64,000 nucleotides of DNA from the NCBI GenBank assembly GCA_964618815.1, contig CAZUBT010000006.1, positions 739 to 64,738 of the forward strand. The letters run 5' to 3'. Shown here one piece after another: positions 49,317 to 61,274 of this stretch. Position numbers and translations under genes: made by a program. The number at the start of each line of letters is the position of its first letter. Within the stretch, counting starts at the first letter, position 1. A model generated the notes under the pieces. That model was not told the DNA's origin and did no database searches. It saw only the letters and a program-made list of their open reading frames with translations. This DNA comes from an uncultured Desulfobacterales bacterium. GTDB taxonomy: Bacteria; Desulfobacterota; Desulfobaccia; Desulfobaccales; 0-14-0-80-60-11.

Positions 49317-50225
49317 CTATCCCAATAGCCACTCCAGCAGGGCCTTCTGAAAGTGCAGTCTATTCTCCGCCTGGTCCCAGGCCGCGGATTGGGGGCCGTC
49401 CAGGACTTCCGAGGTGATCTCCTCTTCCCGGTGGGCCGGGAGGCAGTGGAGCACGACGGCCTCGGGACGGGCCAGTTTAAGCAAGTCGTTATTCACCTGA
49501 TACGGTTTGAAGATTTCCTTGCGGGCCGCGGCTTCGGCTTCCTGGCCCATGGGGGCCCAGACGTCGGTGTTGATGACGTGGACGTCCCGGACCGCCCATC
49601 GCGGGTCCTGGCCCAGGTAAATGGGGCGGCCCTCTGCCTGGGCTTCCCGGAGCAGGGCCGCATCCGGCTCATACCCTTGAGGGCAGGCCAGGTACAGGCT
49701 GAAATCCAGGTGCAGGGCCGCGGTGATCCAGGAGTTGGCCATGTTGTTGCCGTCCCCCACCCAGGCCACCTTGAGGCCGGAGACCGCGCCGAAGCGTTCC
49801 TGAATGGTCATGAGGTCGCTTAACACCTGGCAGGGGTGGTGGGTGTCCGTGAGGCCGTTGATCACCGGAATCGCGGCGTGGCGGGCCAGGTCCTCCACGA
49901 GTTTCTGGGCGAAGGTGCGGATGACCACCGCGTCCACGTACCGGGACAGCACCCGGGCGGTGTCGCCGATGGGTTCCCCCCGGTCCAGTTGGGTCTGGCC
50001 CGGAGCCAGGTAGATGCTGGCCCCCCCCAATTGGGCCATGCCCGCCTCAAAGGAGACCCGGGTGCGGGTGGAGGGCTTGTCGAAGATCATGGCCAGGGTT
50101 TTGCCCACCAGGGGCCGGGGGTTCTCCCCCCGGCGGCGCAGGTCCTTGAGCTGCCGGGCCCGGGCCAGGAGAGTCTTGATTTCCTCCGGGGTGAGATCCA
50201 GGATGGTCAAGAGATCGCGTTTCAT
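49317..50225 (-). CDS. argF: ornithine carbamoyltransferase
   Basis: STRTR, HPCQ, HCLP motifs; start set to MKRDLL (50225) because upstream codons lie in a heptamer array. Confidence 0.95.
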   Translation of the reverse strand: MKRDLLTILDLTPEEIKTLLARARQLKDLRRRGENPRPLVGKTLAMIFDKPSTRTRVSFEAGMAQLGGASIYLAPGQTQLDRGEPIGDTARVLSRYVDAVVIRTFAQKLVEDLARHAAIPVINGLTDTHHPCQVLSDLMTIQERFGAVSGLKVAWVGDGNNMANSWITAALHLDFSLYLACPQGYEPDAALLREAQAEGRPIYLGQDPRWAVRDVHVINTDVWAPMGQEAEAAARKEIFKPYQVNNDLLKLARPEAVVLHCLPAHREEEITSEVLDGPQSAAWDQAENRLHFQKALLEWLLG

Positions 50226-50234
50226 GGAAAATCC

Positions 50235-50378
50235 AAGTTCAAAGTTCAAAGTTCAAGGTTCAAAGTTCAAGGTTTAAGATTTTAGATTTTAGCCTATTCC
50301 AGTAAGCAAGTGTTGGCGGGCGCGGAGGCCCGCCCCACCGATTTTTAACAGAAAACAGAAAACCGAAAACAGAAAACT
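50235..50378. repeat. argD-argF spacer: AAGTTCA/AGGTTCA array, family C REP, CAGAAAA/CCGAAAA array
   Basis: 50235-50291, 50315-50338 and 50347-50378 read directly. Confidence 0.9.
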
Positions 50379-50382
50379 GCCT

Positions 50383-51579
50383 TTAAGGAAATACCGCCTG
50401 GAAGGCCTCGCCAAAAATTGTCAGGGCTTCATCCAGGTCCCGGCGCTGCAAGAGCAGCGGGGGAAGAAACCGAATTATATTCCCCTGGGTGCAATTTATC
50501 AAGAGGCCCCGGTCCCGGCAGGCGGCCACCATCGCCACGCCCTCTTGGGCCAGCTCCAGGCCCCACATGAGGCCCAGGCCCCGGACCTCTTGGATTACGG
50601 GGAATTGAGCCGCTAATTTCTCCAGGCCCCGCCGCAAATATTTCCCCCGGGCGTTCACGGCTTCCATGAACTTGGGTTGGGTCAGGAGGCGCAGGACCGT
50701 CAAGGCCGCGGCCGCGATGACCGGCCCGCCGCCGAAGGTGCTGGCGTGGGTCCCGGGGACGAAGGCTTGGGCCACCTCTTCCGTGGCCAGCAGCGCGCCC
50801 ATGGGCAGGCCGTTGGCCAGCCCCTTGGCCAGGGTCATGATGTCCGGGGCGACGCCGAAGTGCTCGTGGGCGAATAACTTGCCGGTGCGGCCCAGGCCCG
50901 TCTGAATTTCGTCCATCACCAGCAGCAGCTTTTTCTCATCGCACAGGCGCCGCAAGCCTTTGAGATAATCGGGACTCGGCAGGCACACCCCGCCCTCCCC
51001 CTGGATGGGCTCGATGAGCACCGCGCACACCGTGCCGTCCACCGCCGCGGCAGTCGCGTCCAGGTCGTTAAAGGGCACGAAGACAAAGCCCGGCAGCAGA
51101 GGGTCGAAGCCCTGGTGGAATTTCTCCTGGCCGGTGGCGGACAACGCCCCGAAGGTGCGGCCGTGGAAGGAATTGTAAGTGCTGATGATAACGTGGCGTC
51201 CCGGTCCGAACTTCTCCCGGGAATAGCGGCGGCAAAGCTTGATGGCCCCTTCGTTCACTTCCGCGCCGGAGTTGGCGAAAAAGACCCGGTCCGCGAAAGA
51301 CAGGCGCACCAGTTCCTCGGCCAGCTCCGTCATGGGGGTGGTGTAATAGAGGTTGGAGACGTGCACCAGCCGCTCCAGCTGCTCCGCCGCGGCCCGGGCG
51401 ATGTCCGGGTGGGCGTGCCCCAGGTTGCACACTGCCAGGCCGGCGACGAAATCGAGATACTCCTTCCCCGTATCGTCCCACACCCGGCAGCCTTGGCCCT
51501 TCACCAGCACCAGGGGCTGGCGGCCGTAGGTGTGCATGACGACCTTATCGGCCCTGTTTATCCAATTTTGAGTAACCAA
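50383..51579 (-). CDS. argD: acetylornithine aminotransferase
   Basis: Class III aminotransferase; DEIQTG...TLAKGL PLP-lysine motif; TTG start after GGAGGAAGC. Confidence 0.9.
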   Translation of the reverse strand: MVTQNWINRADKVVMHTYGRQPLVLVKGQGCRVWDDTGKEYLDFVAGLAVCNLGHAHPDIARAAAEQLERLVHVSNLYYTTPMTELAEELVRLSFADRVFFANSGAEVNEGAIKLCRRYSREKFGPGRHVIISTYNSFHGRTFGALSATGQEKFHQGFDPLLPGFVFVPFNDLDATAAAVDGTVCAVLIEPIQGEGGVCLPSPDYLKGLRRLCDEKKLLLVMDEIQTGLGRTGKLFAHEHFGVAPDIMTLAKGLANGLPMGALLATEEVAQAFVPGTHASTFGGGPVIAAAALTVLRLLTQPKFMEAVNARGKYLRRGLEKLAAQFPVIQEVRGLGLMWGLELAQEGVAMVAACRDRGLLINCTQGNIIRFLPPLLLQRRDLDEALTIFGEAFQAVFP

Positions 51580-51592
51580 GCTTCCTCCGTGT

Positions 51593-51672
51593 CAGTTCAA
51601 GGTTCAAGGTTCAAAGTTCAAAGTTGAAAACTAACAACCCCAAACCCCAAACCTTGAACTTTGAACCTTGAA

Positions 51673-51674
<2 letters not shown>
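51593..51674. repeat. argB-argD spacer: inverted GGTTCAA arrays
   Basis: CAGTTCAAGGTTCAAGGTTCAAAGTTCAAAGTTGA ... ACCTTGAACTTTGAACCTTGAACT. Confidence 0.9.
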
Positions 51675-52788
<1,114 letters not shown>

Positions 52789-52790
52789 GC

Positions 52791-54224
<1,434 letters not shown>

Positions 54225-54338
54225 AGTTGCCGGTTCCTTTGAGTTATCCGCGTTGATTTTTTATCCGCAGATTACGCAGATGCGCACAGATTTTAAAAAA
54301 CAGCCTTCAAGCCGCGATGTATCAAGAGAAAAGTGCGC

Positions 54339-54536
54339 TCAAGTATTTACCGCGAATTGAATCTCCCGGGTGTTCTGCACCACTTTGGAGGCTTGCAGAA
54401 TCTCCAAACGCACAATCCCGCCGTCATACCCAAAATCGGCAATGATGCCCGGACGCACCTCATCGCTTTCCTTGATGCGCTCCTGCCGCAGCGTGATGGT
54501 CAGGGAGTCGGTTTCTGGATCGTAAATTATTTTCAT
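54339..54536 (-). CDS. DUF2283-family small protein (putative antitoxin partner)
   Basis: MKIIYDPETDSLTITL...DFGYDGGIVRLEIL matches the characteristic DUF2283 pattern; ATG overlaps the upstream TGA (ATGA). Confidence 0.75.
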   Translation of the reverse strand: MKIIYDPETDSLTITLRQERIKESDEVRPGIIADFGYDGGIVRLEILQASKVVQNTREIQFAVNT

Positions 54537-54805
54537 GGCCTCAGTCCCTTCAAATATTTGTTAAGTTGCGAGGTTTTGTATAAGGTTATCACCACTCTCT
54601 CGGTTTCCGTATCCTCCACCACAATCCGAAGCAACATCTCCTGTTGCAATACCTGGTCGAAATAGCGGCGCATGAGAACCCGTCGCGGCGGCTGGCCGGG
54701 AACCTCGAATTCTGGATCATCTAAGGTCTTATCCGCCTCTACCCGTTCTATTTCACGGTCGGTCAGGTTGTCCAGGGCATGAGGCGACCACAGGAACGGT
54801 TTCAC
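54533..54805 (-). CDS. DUF4258-like small protein (putative toxin partner)
   Basis: 90 aa; SPHALDNL.DREI...LLRIVVED...VVITLYKT resembles the DUF4258 layout (HA..R...R.I ... ITVY); family assignment by eye only. Confidence 0.6.
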   Translation of the reverse strand: MKPFLWSPHALDNLTDREIERVEADKTLDDPEFEVPGQPPRRVLMRRYFDQVLQQEMLLRIVVEDTETERVVITLYKTSQLNKYLKGLRP

Positions 54806-54860
54806 AAATTTCCCCTCAACAAAACTTCACCCATGCCCCGAGCTTAAGACTGAAAGTCTG

Positions 54861-55433
54861 TTACAATTCCTCAATAACGATCTCTTTATTCGTATAAACG
54901 CACAGCGACGCGGCGATATTCATGGCCTCCCGGCAGATGTCCCCGGGGGCCAGGTCGGTGTGGGCCATGAGGGCCCGGGCCGCGGCCAGGGCGTATGGCG
55001 CGCCGGAGCCGATGGACATGACCCCTTCATCCGGCTCGATGACGTCCCCGGTGCCGGATATGAGAAACGCCGAGGCGCCGTCCACCGCCAGGAGCATGGC
55101 TTCCAGGCGGCGCAGGATCTTGTCGGTGCGCCAGTCCTTGGCCAGCTCCACCACCGCCCGGGTGAGGTTGCCCTGGTGGGCCTCCAGCTTGGCCTCCAGG
55201 CGATCAAACAGGGTGAGCGCGTCCGCGGCAGAGCCGGCAAAGCCCACGATGATCTTGCCGTGATAGAGCTTGCGCACCTTTTTGGCCTTATGCTTCATCA
55301 CCATGTCGCCTAAGGTGACCTGGCCGTCCCCGGCCACCGCCACCTTATCGCCCCGGCGCACCATGAGGATGGTGGTGCCGCGCCATTTTGGGTCATTATG
55401 ATTCATGTCACGTCCATTTTCCATTGTGCTCAT
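54861..55433 (-). CDS. hslV: ATP-dependent protease subunit HslV
   Basis: GTTILMVRR...GDGQV...GFAGS.ADA motifs; alternative start at 55406. Confidence 0.95.
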   Translation of the reverse strand: MSTMENGRDMNHNDPKWRGTTILMVRRGDKVAVAGDGQVTLGDMVMKHKAKKVRKLYHGKIIVGFAGSAADALTLFDRLEAKLEAHQGNLTRAVVELAKDWRTDKILRRLEAMLLAVDGASAFLISGTGDVIEPDEGVMSIGSGAPYALAAARALMAHTDLAPGDICREAMNIAASLCVYTNKEIVIEEL

Positions 55434-55459
55434 CGGAGCCGATGGCCTGTCTGATGCCG

Positions 55460-55538
55460 GTGGGGCGGGCCTCCGTGCCCGCCTAAAGTAACGCTCATCG
55501 GCGAGGCTGGTTTAGGCGGGCGCGGAGGCCCGCCCCAC
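55460..55538. repeat. REPIN-like doublet, family C
   Basis: GTGGGGCGGGCCTCCGTGCCCGCC ... GGCGGGCGCGGAGGCCCGCCCCAC, 31-nt spacer. Confidence 0.85.
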
Positions 55539-55553
55539 CGATGTAATATCAAG

Positions 55554-55750
55554 TTGAGACCTCTGCGAAAAGGGCTTGAGCGATGACAAATCAGCTTCAA
55601 AGGAAAAGAAACTAGTGGCACAGGCTTCCAGCCTGTGGGTAACTCTTTGGTAAAACAAGGTTTTTTGCACAGGCTGGAAGCCTGTGCCACCAGATTTTCC
55701 CCCAGGATTTAGTTCCCCTGTGTACCGGCTGATTTTCGCAGAGGTCTCAA
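55554..55750 (+). mobile_element. 197-bp MITE-like element, copy 1 (18-bp perfect TIR TTGAGACCTCTGCGAAAA)
   Basis: Terminal inverted repeats read directly; an internal inverted pair of family A hairpins; no coding capacity. Confidence 0.8.
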
Positions 55751-55855
55751 GTTCTGTTTTAGATGCAACCAACTCTATGGCTAACTTATTGATAATCCAA
55801 TTTCTTTTAACCGAAAACTGAGAACCGAAAACCGAAAACGGTATCAGACGCTGCG

Positions 55856-56758
55856 CTACTCCTTGCTCCTCGGATGCGCCTTATCGTATTCCTCCATCAA
55901 GTAATCCAGGTTCAGGTGCAGGTATCTCTGGGTACTGGAAATGGAGGCGTGGCCTAACAATTCCTGCACCGTCCTTAAATCCGCCTTACCTTCCAAGAGG
56001 TGCGTGGCGAAGCTGTGGCGCAGGCCGTGGGGCGTCAGGGCTTGGGAGAGCTCCGCGGCCCTGGCCCGGCGGCCCACCACCCGGGCCACCCCCCGGGAAC
56101 TGAGGCGGCCGCCCCTTAAATTGACAAACAGGGCGGTTTCCTCGGTGCGGCCCTTTTCCTGCAAAAGCCGGCTTCTCAAAGGGAGATACGCGGTTAGAGC
56201 CTGTTGCGCGGCCTCTCCCAGAAAGGCCAGCCGTTCTTTACTGCCTTTGCCCCACACCCGGACCACCCCGGCGTTCAGGTCCAGATCCTTTAGGCTGAGG
56301 CCGGCCAGTTCCGACAGGCGCAGGCCTCCGGCGTAAAATACCTCCAGGATGGCCCGATCCCGCCGGGCGCCCGGATCATCGCCCTTAGTGTGCCCCAGGA
56401 GATGAAACACCTCGTCTACGGTCAAAAAGTGGGGCAGGGGCTTTTCCAGCTTGGGGCTGGGGGCCAGCTTGGCCGGGTTATGGGCCATAATCCCCAGTCG
56501 CTGCAAATATTTAAAGAAGGACCGCAGGGCCGAGAGCTTCCGGGCCACCGTGGTCTTCCGGCGTCCTTTCAGGGACAGGGCCAGGAAGGCCCGCAAGTCC
56601 TTATAGGTCGCCTCCGATAGGGAACTCCTCGGCCCCTGGGCCCAAAATTCCAGGAACTGGCTGAGGTCCAGGCGGTAATTTCTCAGGGTATGGGGCGACA
56701 TCTGCCGCTCCACCCGGAGATACCGCAGGAAATCCTCGAGATAACCCCATCCGTCCAT
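55856..56758 (-). CDS. xerC: site-specific tyrosine recombinase XerC/XerD family
   Basis: R...HGLRHSFATHLL...LGH.S.STTQ.Y catalytic signature; conserved xerC-hslVU neighbourhood. Confidence 0.9.
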   Translation of the reverse strand: MDGWGYLEDFLRYLRVERQMSPHTLRNYRLDLSQFLEFWAQGPRSSLSEATYKDLRAFLALSLKGRRKTTVARKLSALRSFFKYLQRLGIMAHNPAKLAPSPKLEKPLPHFLTVDEVFHLLGHTKGDDPGARRDRAILEVFYAGGLRLSELAGLSLKDLDLNAGVVRVWGKGSKERLAFLGEAAQQALTAYLPLRSRLLQEKGRTEETALFVNLRGGRLSSRGVARVVGRRARAAELSQALTPHGLRHSFATHLLEGKADLRTVQELLGHASISSTQRYLHLNLDYLMEEYDKAHPRSKE

Positions 56759-56953
56759 GGCGCCTGACGGGCGACCCTCAGCGGGCTGCCGAGCTTATTC
56801 TACCCCCTTGAAATTAATGAATATTATCATCAATTCCAAACAATGCCAAAACATTATCGGCAGAAACCGGGGCCAAACGCTAAAATCCCGGGGGCCGTTT
56901 AAGGAAGGAGCCATAAGATTGGCCAAGAGGGTCGCGGCCGGATAGGAAAAAAC

Positions 56954-57086
56954 GTGGGGCGGGCCTCCGTGCCCGCCGGGTAAAGATCAACCGCGGATGC
57001 ACGCAGATTAACGCAGATTAAATTGCACTCAGCCGCGTTCGTCTGCGGTGGATCTCCATGGAGGCGGGCACGGAGGCTCGCCCCAC
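56954..57086. repeat. wide inverted pair of family C hairpins enclosing a GCAGATT-type array
   Basis: GTGGGGCGGGCCTCCGTGCCCGCC at 56954-56977, complement at 57063-57086. Confidence 0.8.
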
Positions 57087-57178
57087 GATCAAAAAGTCCG
57101 AGCTCGTTGGCGCAGGCTAAAGCCTGCGGCTACAGATAATATCTGCGCTTTTGGCTGAAAGCTGATGGCTGACAGCTC

Positions 57179-57460
57179 TTAATTGGTAAACACCCGGACT
57201 TTTGCGGGGGAATCCAGGTAACCGTCGATCTCGGCGCTCATTTTTTGCCGTTCCGGGTTGTTCAGCCAGGCCTGCCAATGGTCCAACGACTCCCAGGTGC
57301 TGATGACCAGGTAATAGTTGGGATCGTCCACGGCGTGCAGGGTCTCCCCGGAGATGTAGCCCGGCTGCCGCATGGCCTGGACCCTAAGCTGCCTGAGCAG
57401 GCGGACGATCTCGCCCACCTGCTTGCCTTTGATGGAGCGCTCCAGCAATACCTTGACCAT
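57179..57460 (-). CDS. antibiotic-biosynthesis-monooxygenase (ABM/Dabb) domain protein
   Basis: 93 aa; GYISGETL......YYLVISTWES..HWQAW pattern typical of ABM domains. Confidence 0.7.
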   Translation of the reverse strand: MVKVLLERSIKGKQVGEIVRLLRQLRVQAMRQPGYISGETLHAVDDPNYYLVISTWESLDHWQAWLNNPERQKMSAEIDGYLDSPAKVRVFTN

Positions 57461-57547
57461 GGCCCCCTCCTTTCTGATTAGCGGTTTAGCGGGTTAGCAG
57501 TAAGCCGTTAGCTTTCAGCTTTTAGCCGTCGGCCTTTAATACCAGAA

Positions 57548-57743
57548 TGAGACCTCTGCGAAAATGGTTTGAGCGATGACAAATCAGCTTCAAAGGAAAA
57601 GAACCTAGTGGCACAGGCTTCCAGCCTGTGAATAACTCTATGGTAAATCAAGGTTTATTGCACAGGCTGGAAGCCTTTGCCACCAGATTTTTCCTCTGGA
57701 TTTTGTTTCCCTGTGTACCGGCTGATTTTCGCAGAGGTCTCAA
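57548..57743 (+). mobile_element. 196-bp MITE-like element, copy 2 (17-bp TIR)
   Basis: Roughly 90% identical by eye to 55554-55750, same orientation. Confidence 0.8.
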
Positions 57744-58146
57744 AATGCCTTCAAAATGAGATTATCAGTAGCAGCAGGTTTTTATAAGGAAATGGCGGCA
57801 CAGGCATTTTGCCGGCGCATCCCTCAGCATCGACCGCGGGATTAGAAACCGGACAGCCGGGGGCGGCTGTCCTACATTTCCAGGCTTCGTGGTGATCCCC
57901 AAGGGGTTATGGGACGTTAGCCTGCGCCGGGGAAAGGCGAGATGCTAATGGCGCCTTTTGATTGCAATTCAGTATAATTTCCAGCTCTTGGCTTTATATT
58001 GGCGGCTGCCGATGGAATAACTAAACCACTGAACCACCACACCTCTGATCATAATATAGCCAAATTGGGAGGGAAGTCCAGCCCTGAGGCCGAAAACATC
58101 CTCTTGAGGGGCCGGTTTCTCTATGGTAATATAAAAATTTGGATAG

Positions 58147-59322
58147 ATGGGGAGACGGATGGTCAAACTGACGGAACTGCGGGATGCTCTGGACAGGCAG
58201 GAGGAGATCAAGCTCTCCCCTTATGCCGCCCGCAGCACCCAGGCGGTGCGGCGGCGTTACGAGGAGCGCATCGCCCAGGGCCATCGCCAGAACTTCGCGG
58301 TGGACGCGGACCGCATCCTCCACTCCCGGGCCTACACCCGGTACATCGACAAGACCCAGGTCTTTTACCTCATCGATCACGAGCATATCAGCCACCGGGT
58401 GCTGCACGTGCAGCTCCTTTCCAAGATCGGCCGGACCATCGGCAAGTATCTGCGGCTGAATGAGGACCTCATCGAGGCCATCGCCCTGGGCCACGACATC
58501 GGGCATCCCCCCTTCGGGCATGACGGGGAGCGGATTCTCTCCACCATCTGCCAGGCCCACGGCATCGGGGCGTTTTTGCACAACCTCCAGGGGGTGCAGT
58601 TCCTGGATCGGGTGGAGAAAAACGGCCGGGGCCTCAATCTGTCCCTGCAGGTACTGGACGGCATCTTGAGCCATGATGGGGAACCCCACCTGGAGCGCCT
58701 CTCTCCGGAGGCGGAAAAGAACTTCGCGCGTTTGGAAGAGGAACTCCGCCTCAAGTCCGCGGACCCGGATTACCCTCTGAAGCCCATGACCCTGGAAGGC
58801 TGCGTGGTGCGCCTGGCGGACACCATCAGTTACATCGGCCGGGACCTGGAAGACGCCATCACCCTCAATCTGGTGCGCCGGGAGGAGCTGCCCGAAGGGC
58901 CGGCCCAGCTCCTGGGGCGCACCAACGGCGCCATTGTCTATTCTTTGGTGGCGGACCTCATCCGCCACAGTTTCGATAAGAACTATGTGGGTTACAGTCC
59001 CGAGGTGGGCCGGGCCTTGAAGGAGTTTAAGGCATTTAATTACCAGCGCATTTATAACAATCCCCGCATCAAAGGAGAGACTCCCAAGATTGAGGTCCTG
59101 TTTGCCGGCATGTTTGCGCGGTTTCTGGAGGACGTGCAGCAAAAGCGGCTGGACTCCCCCATCTGGACCGATTTCCTGGCCCAACTGGACCATGAATATG
59201 GGGCGAATCACCAACCTGCGGAGATGGTGCGGGACTTTCTGGCCGCCATGACCGACGCCCAATTTTTGCGCCAGTCCCAGGAAATGTTCTTTCCCCGGCC
59301 CCTGCCGGCCAGGTTTGCATGA
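58147..59322 (+). CDS. dGTPase-like HD-domain triphosphohydrolase
   Basis: F..D.DRILHS.AYTR...KTQVF...H..HRV.H and LGHDIGHPPFGH motifs of the Dgt family. Confidence 0.85.
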   Translation: MGRRMVKLTELRDALDRQEEIKLSPYAARSTQAVRRRYEERIAQGHRQNFAVDADRILHSRAYTRYIDKTQVFYLIDHEHISHRVLHVQLLSKIGRTIGKYLRLNEDLIEAIALGHDIGHPPFGHDGERILSTICQAHGIGAFLHNLQGVQFLDRVEKNGRGLNLSLQVLDGILSHDGEPHLERLSPEAEKNFARLEEELRLKSADPDYPLKPMTLEGCVVRLADTISYIGRDLEDAITLNLVRREELPEGPAQLLGRTNGAIVYSLVADLIRHSFDKNYVGYSPEVGRALKEFKAFNYQRIYNNPRIKGETPKIEVLFAGMFARFLEDVQQKRLDSPIWTDFLAQLDHEYGANHQPAEMVRDFLAAMTDAQFLRQSQEMFFPRPLPARFA

Positions 59323-59331
59323 GGTCCGGAG

Positions 59332-60090
59332 ATGCTGCGCGTGATGACCTTCAACCTCCGGTTTGCCAACCCCGAGGATGGCCCCAATGAATGGCGGCAC
59401 CGCAAGGAAATGGTGGTGGAGTTGATTCTGCGGCGCTCCCCGGATTTACTGGGCACCCAGGAAGGCACCGTGCCGCAGTTGGATTACCTCACCGGGCAGC
59501 TTGAGGGCTATCTCCCCTTAACCGGCCACCGCCGGGTGGATCCCACCTGCCAGTACCCCACCATTTTTTATCGGGCCGGGGGGTTCACCGTGATGGACAG
59601 CGGGGAATTCTGGCTCTCGGAAACCCCCGAGGTGCACCGGAGCATGAGCTGGTGCAGCGCTTTCCCCCGCATGGCCACCTACGGCATCTTGCGCTCGCCG
59701 GAACAGGAATTTTATTTCATCAACACCCATCTGGACCACATCTCCTCAGAGGCCCGGCTCCAGGGAGCCCGGATGATCCGGAACCATTTTCTTCCCTTAA
59801 AGACCCCCATAATCCTGGCGGGGGATTTCAACGAACCGCCGGATGGCCCGGTTTTCCAGGAATTCATGGGAGGCGACAGCCCCTTACAAGATACCTGGCG
59901 GGCCCTGCATCCCCCGGGGGAGGAGCCCGCCACCCAGCACCACTTCGATGGCCGGCCCCGGGGCGCCAGGATTGACTGGATTCTCACCACCGCCCCCTTC
60001 CGGGTGCGGGACGCGATGGTGGTTACCGATAATGTCAACGGTCGCTATCCTTCCGATCACTTTCCCTATATGGCAGAGGTGGATTACTGA
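59332..60090 (+). CDS. endonuclease/exonuclease/phosphatase (EEP) family protein
   Basis: MTFNLRF N-terminus, GTQE, final SDHFP motif. Confidence 0.8.
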   Translation: MLRVMTFNLRFANPEDGPNEWRHRKEMVVELILRRSPDLLGTQEGTVPQLDYLTGQLEGYLPLTGHRRVDPTCQYPTIFYRAGGFTVMDSGEFWLSETPEVHRSMSWCSAFPRMATYGILRSPEQEFYFINTHLDHISSEARLQGARMIRNHFLPLKTPIILAGDFNEPPDGPVFQEFMGGDSPLQDTWRALHPPGEEPATQHHFDGRPRGARIDWILTTAPFRVRDAMVVTDNVNGRYPSDHFPYMAEVDY

Positions 60091-61073
60091 TGGCCCGGAT
60101 AATATGGCTGCTGCTGGCGCTCCTCTTTTTGAGCACGCCGGTTCACGGAAAACAGGCGGAATCTTTACCCCTTTACGTCCTGATGGCAGGGGGCGAAGAA
60201 GCTTATGAAGTCCCCCCCAAAACGACCATCAACCGGGTGGCCCAGGAAAAGGGGGTGCAGTGGACGGTGGTGGCCCGAGAGAATGAGCTCAAAAAGCCTT
60301 TTAAGATTCAGTCCGGCATGATTCTGAAGCTAAACAACACTCATATTGTGCCCACGGATTTGAGTAACGGTTTTGTCATCAATCTGCCGGAGTTGCTCCT
60401 GTATTACTTCAAGGACGGCGTTTACCAGCGGCGCTATGCCCTGGCGGTGGGCAAGCCCAGTTGGCCCACTCCCACCGGGAATTATCAGCTTTGCAACAAG
60501 AGCAAGAACCCCACCTGGACCGTGCCCGTGTCCATCCAGGAGGAAATGTTTAATGCCGGCTATGAGGTGGTGGAAAAGGTGCCGCCGGGGCCCAAAAATC
60601 CCCTGGGGCAGTACTGGATGGGCACCACCGCGTCCGGGGTGGGCATCCACGCCACCAACCGCCCCTGGTCCGTGGGCCATTTCGTATCCCACGGCTGCAT
60701 CCGGATGCTGCCGGACGAGATCGCCCAGCTCTTCCCCCTGGTGGAGGTGGGGTTGCCGGTGAAGATCACCTATCGTCCCGTCAAAGTGGCGGTTACCCCA
60801 CAGGGGCGCATCTTTCTGGAGGCCCACCCCAATATTTATCGGAAAAAGCTGAACTACCTGGAATTGGTGAAGGAATTGGCCCAACAGCACCAGATCGTCA
60901 GCCGTCTGGATTGGGATAAGGTCGCAGCCGTTTTGAAGGCCAGGGAAGGCATCGCCCGGGACGTCACCAAGGTCCAGCTTCCCCCCGACCCGGCCACCAA
61001 AGAGGTGGAATTCCAGAAACCCCGGGAAATGGGGCTTTTTCCTTTACAGGGCCAGGGGGTCAAGTTAGAATAG
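60090..61073 (+). CDS. L,D-transpeptidase (YkuD domain), secreted, possibly with a degenerate LysM-like N-domain
   Basis: Signal peptide; catalytic SHGCIRM motif preceded by GIHATN. Confidence 0.85.
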   Translation: MARIIWLLLALLFLSTPVHGKQAESLPLYVLMAGGEEAYEVPPKTTINRVAQEKGVQWTVVARENELKKPFKIQSGMILKLNNTHIVPTDLSNGFVINLPELLLYYFKDGVYQRRYALAVGKPSWPTPTGNYQLCNKSKNPTWTVPVSIQEEMFNAGYEVVEKVPPGPKNPLGQYWMGTTASGVGIHATNRPWSVGHFVSHGCIRMLPDEIAQLFPLVEVGLPVKITYRPVKVAVTPQGRIFLEAHPNIYRKKLNYLELVKELAQQHQIVSRLDWDKVAAVLKAREGIARDVTKVQLPPDPATKEVEFQKPREMGLFPLQGQGVKLE

Positions 61074-61133
61074 ATAACTTGTCGGTCTGAAGCCGGTTTT
61101 CGGTTTTTGGTAACAAACCATAAACCAGAAGAT

Positions 61134-61232
61134 TTCACCACCAAGGCACCAAGGGCACCAAGATACACAAAGAAATCATTGGTAAGTTTTTCTTGGTGAA
61201 CCTTTGTGCCCTTGGTGTCTTGGTGGTGAACC
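61134..61232. repeat. about 100-bp palindromic element (TTCACCACCAAGGCACCAAGGGCAC ... GTGCCCTTGGTGTCTTGGTGGTGAA)
   Basis: Self-complementary arms read directly; related arm at about 46150-46192. Confidence 0.8.
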
Positions 61233-61274
61233 TTAAACCCAAGCCTTTCAACTTTAATGATCGAGGATGAGAAT

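Noticed and set aside
55554-57743. xerC plus the ABM gene as a mobile cassette carried by the two MITE copies
   Set aside because: xerC upstream of hslVU is a widely conserved native arrangement and the segment has backbone composition. The MITEs more likely inserted independently on either side. The recombination substrate they create is kept as a finding.
58021-59400. 459-aa minus-strand ORF opposite the dGTPase-like gene
   Set aside because: The plus-strand product carries the HD/Dgt motifs; the antisense frame has none.
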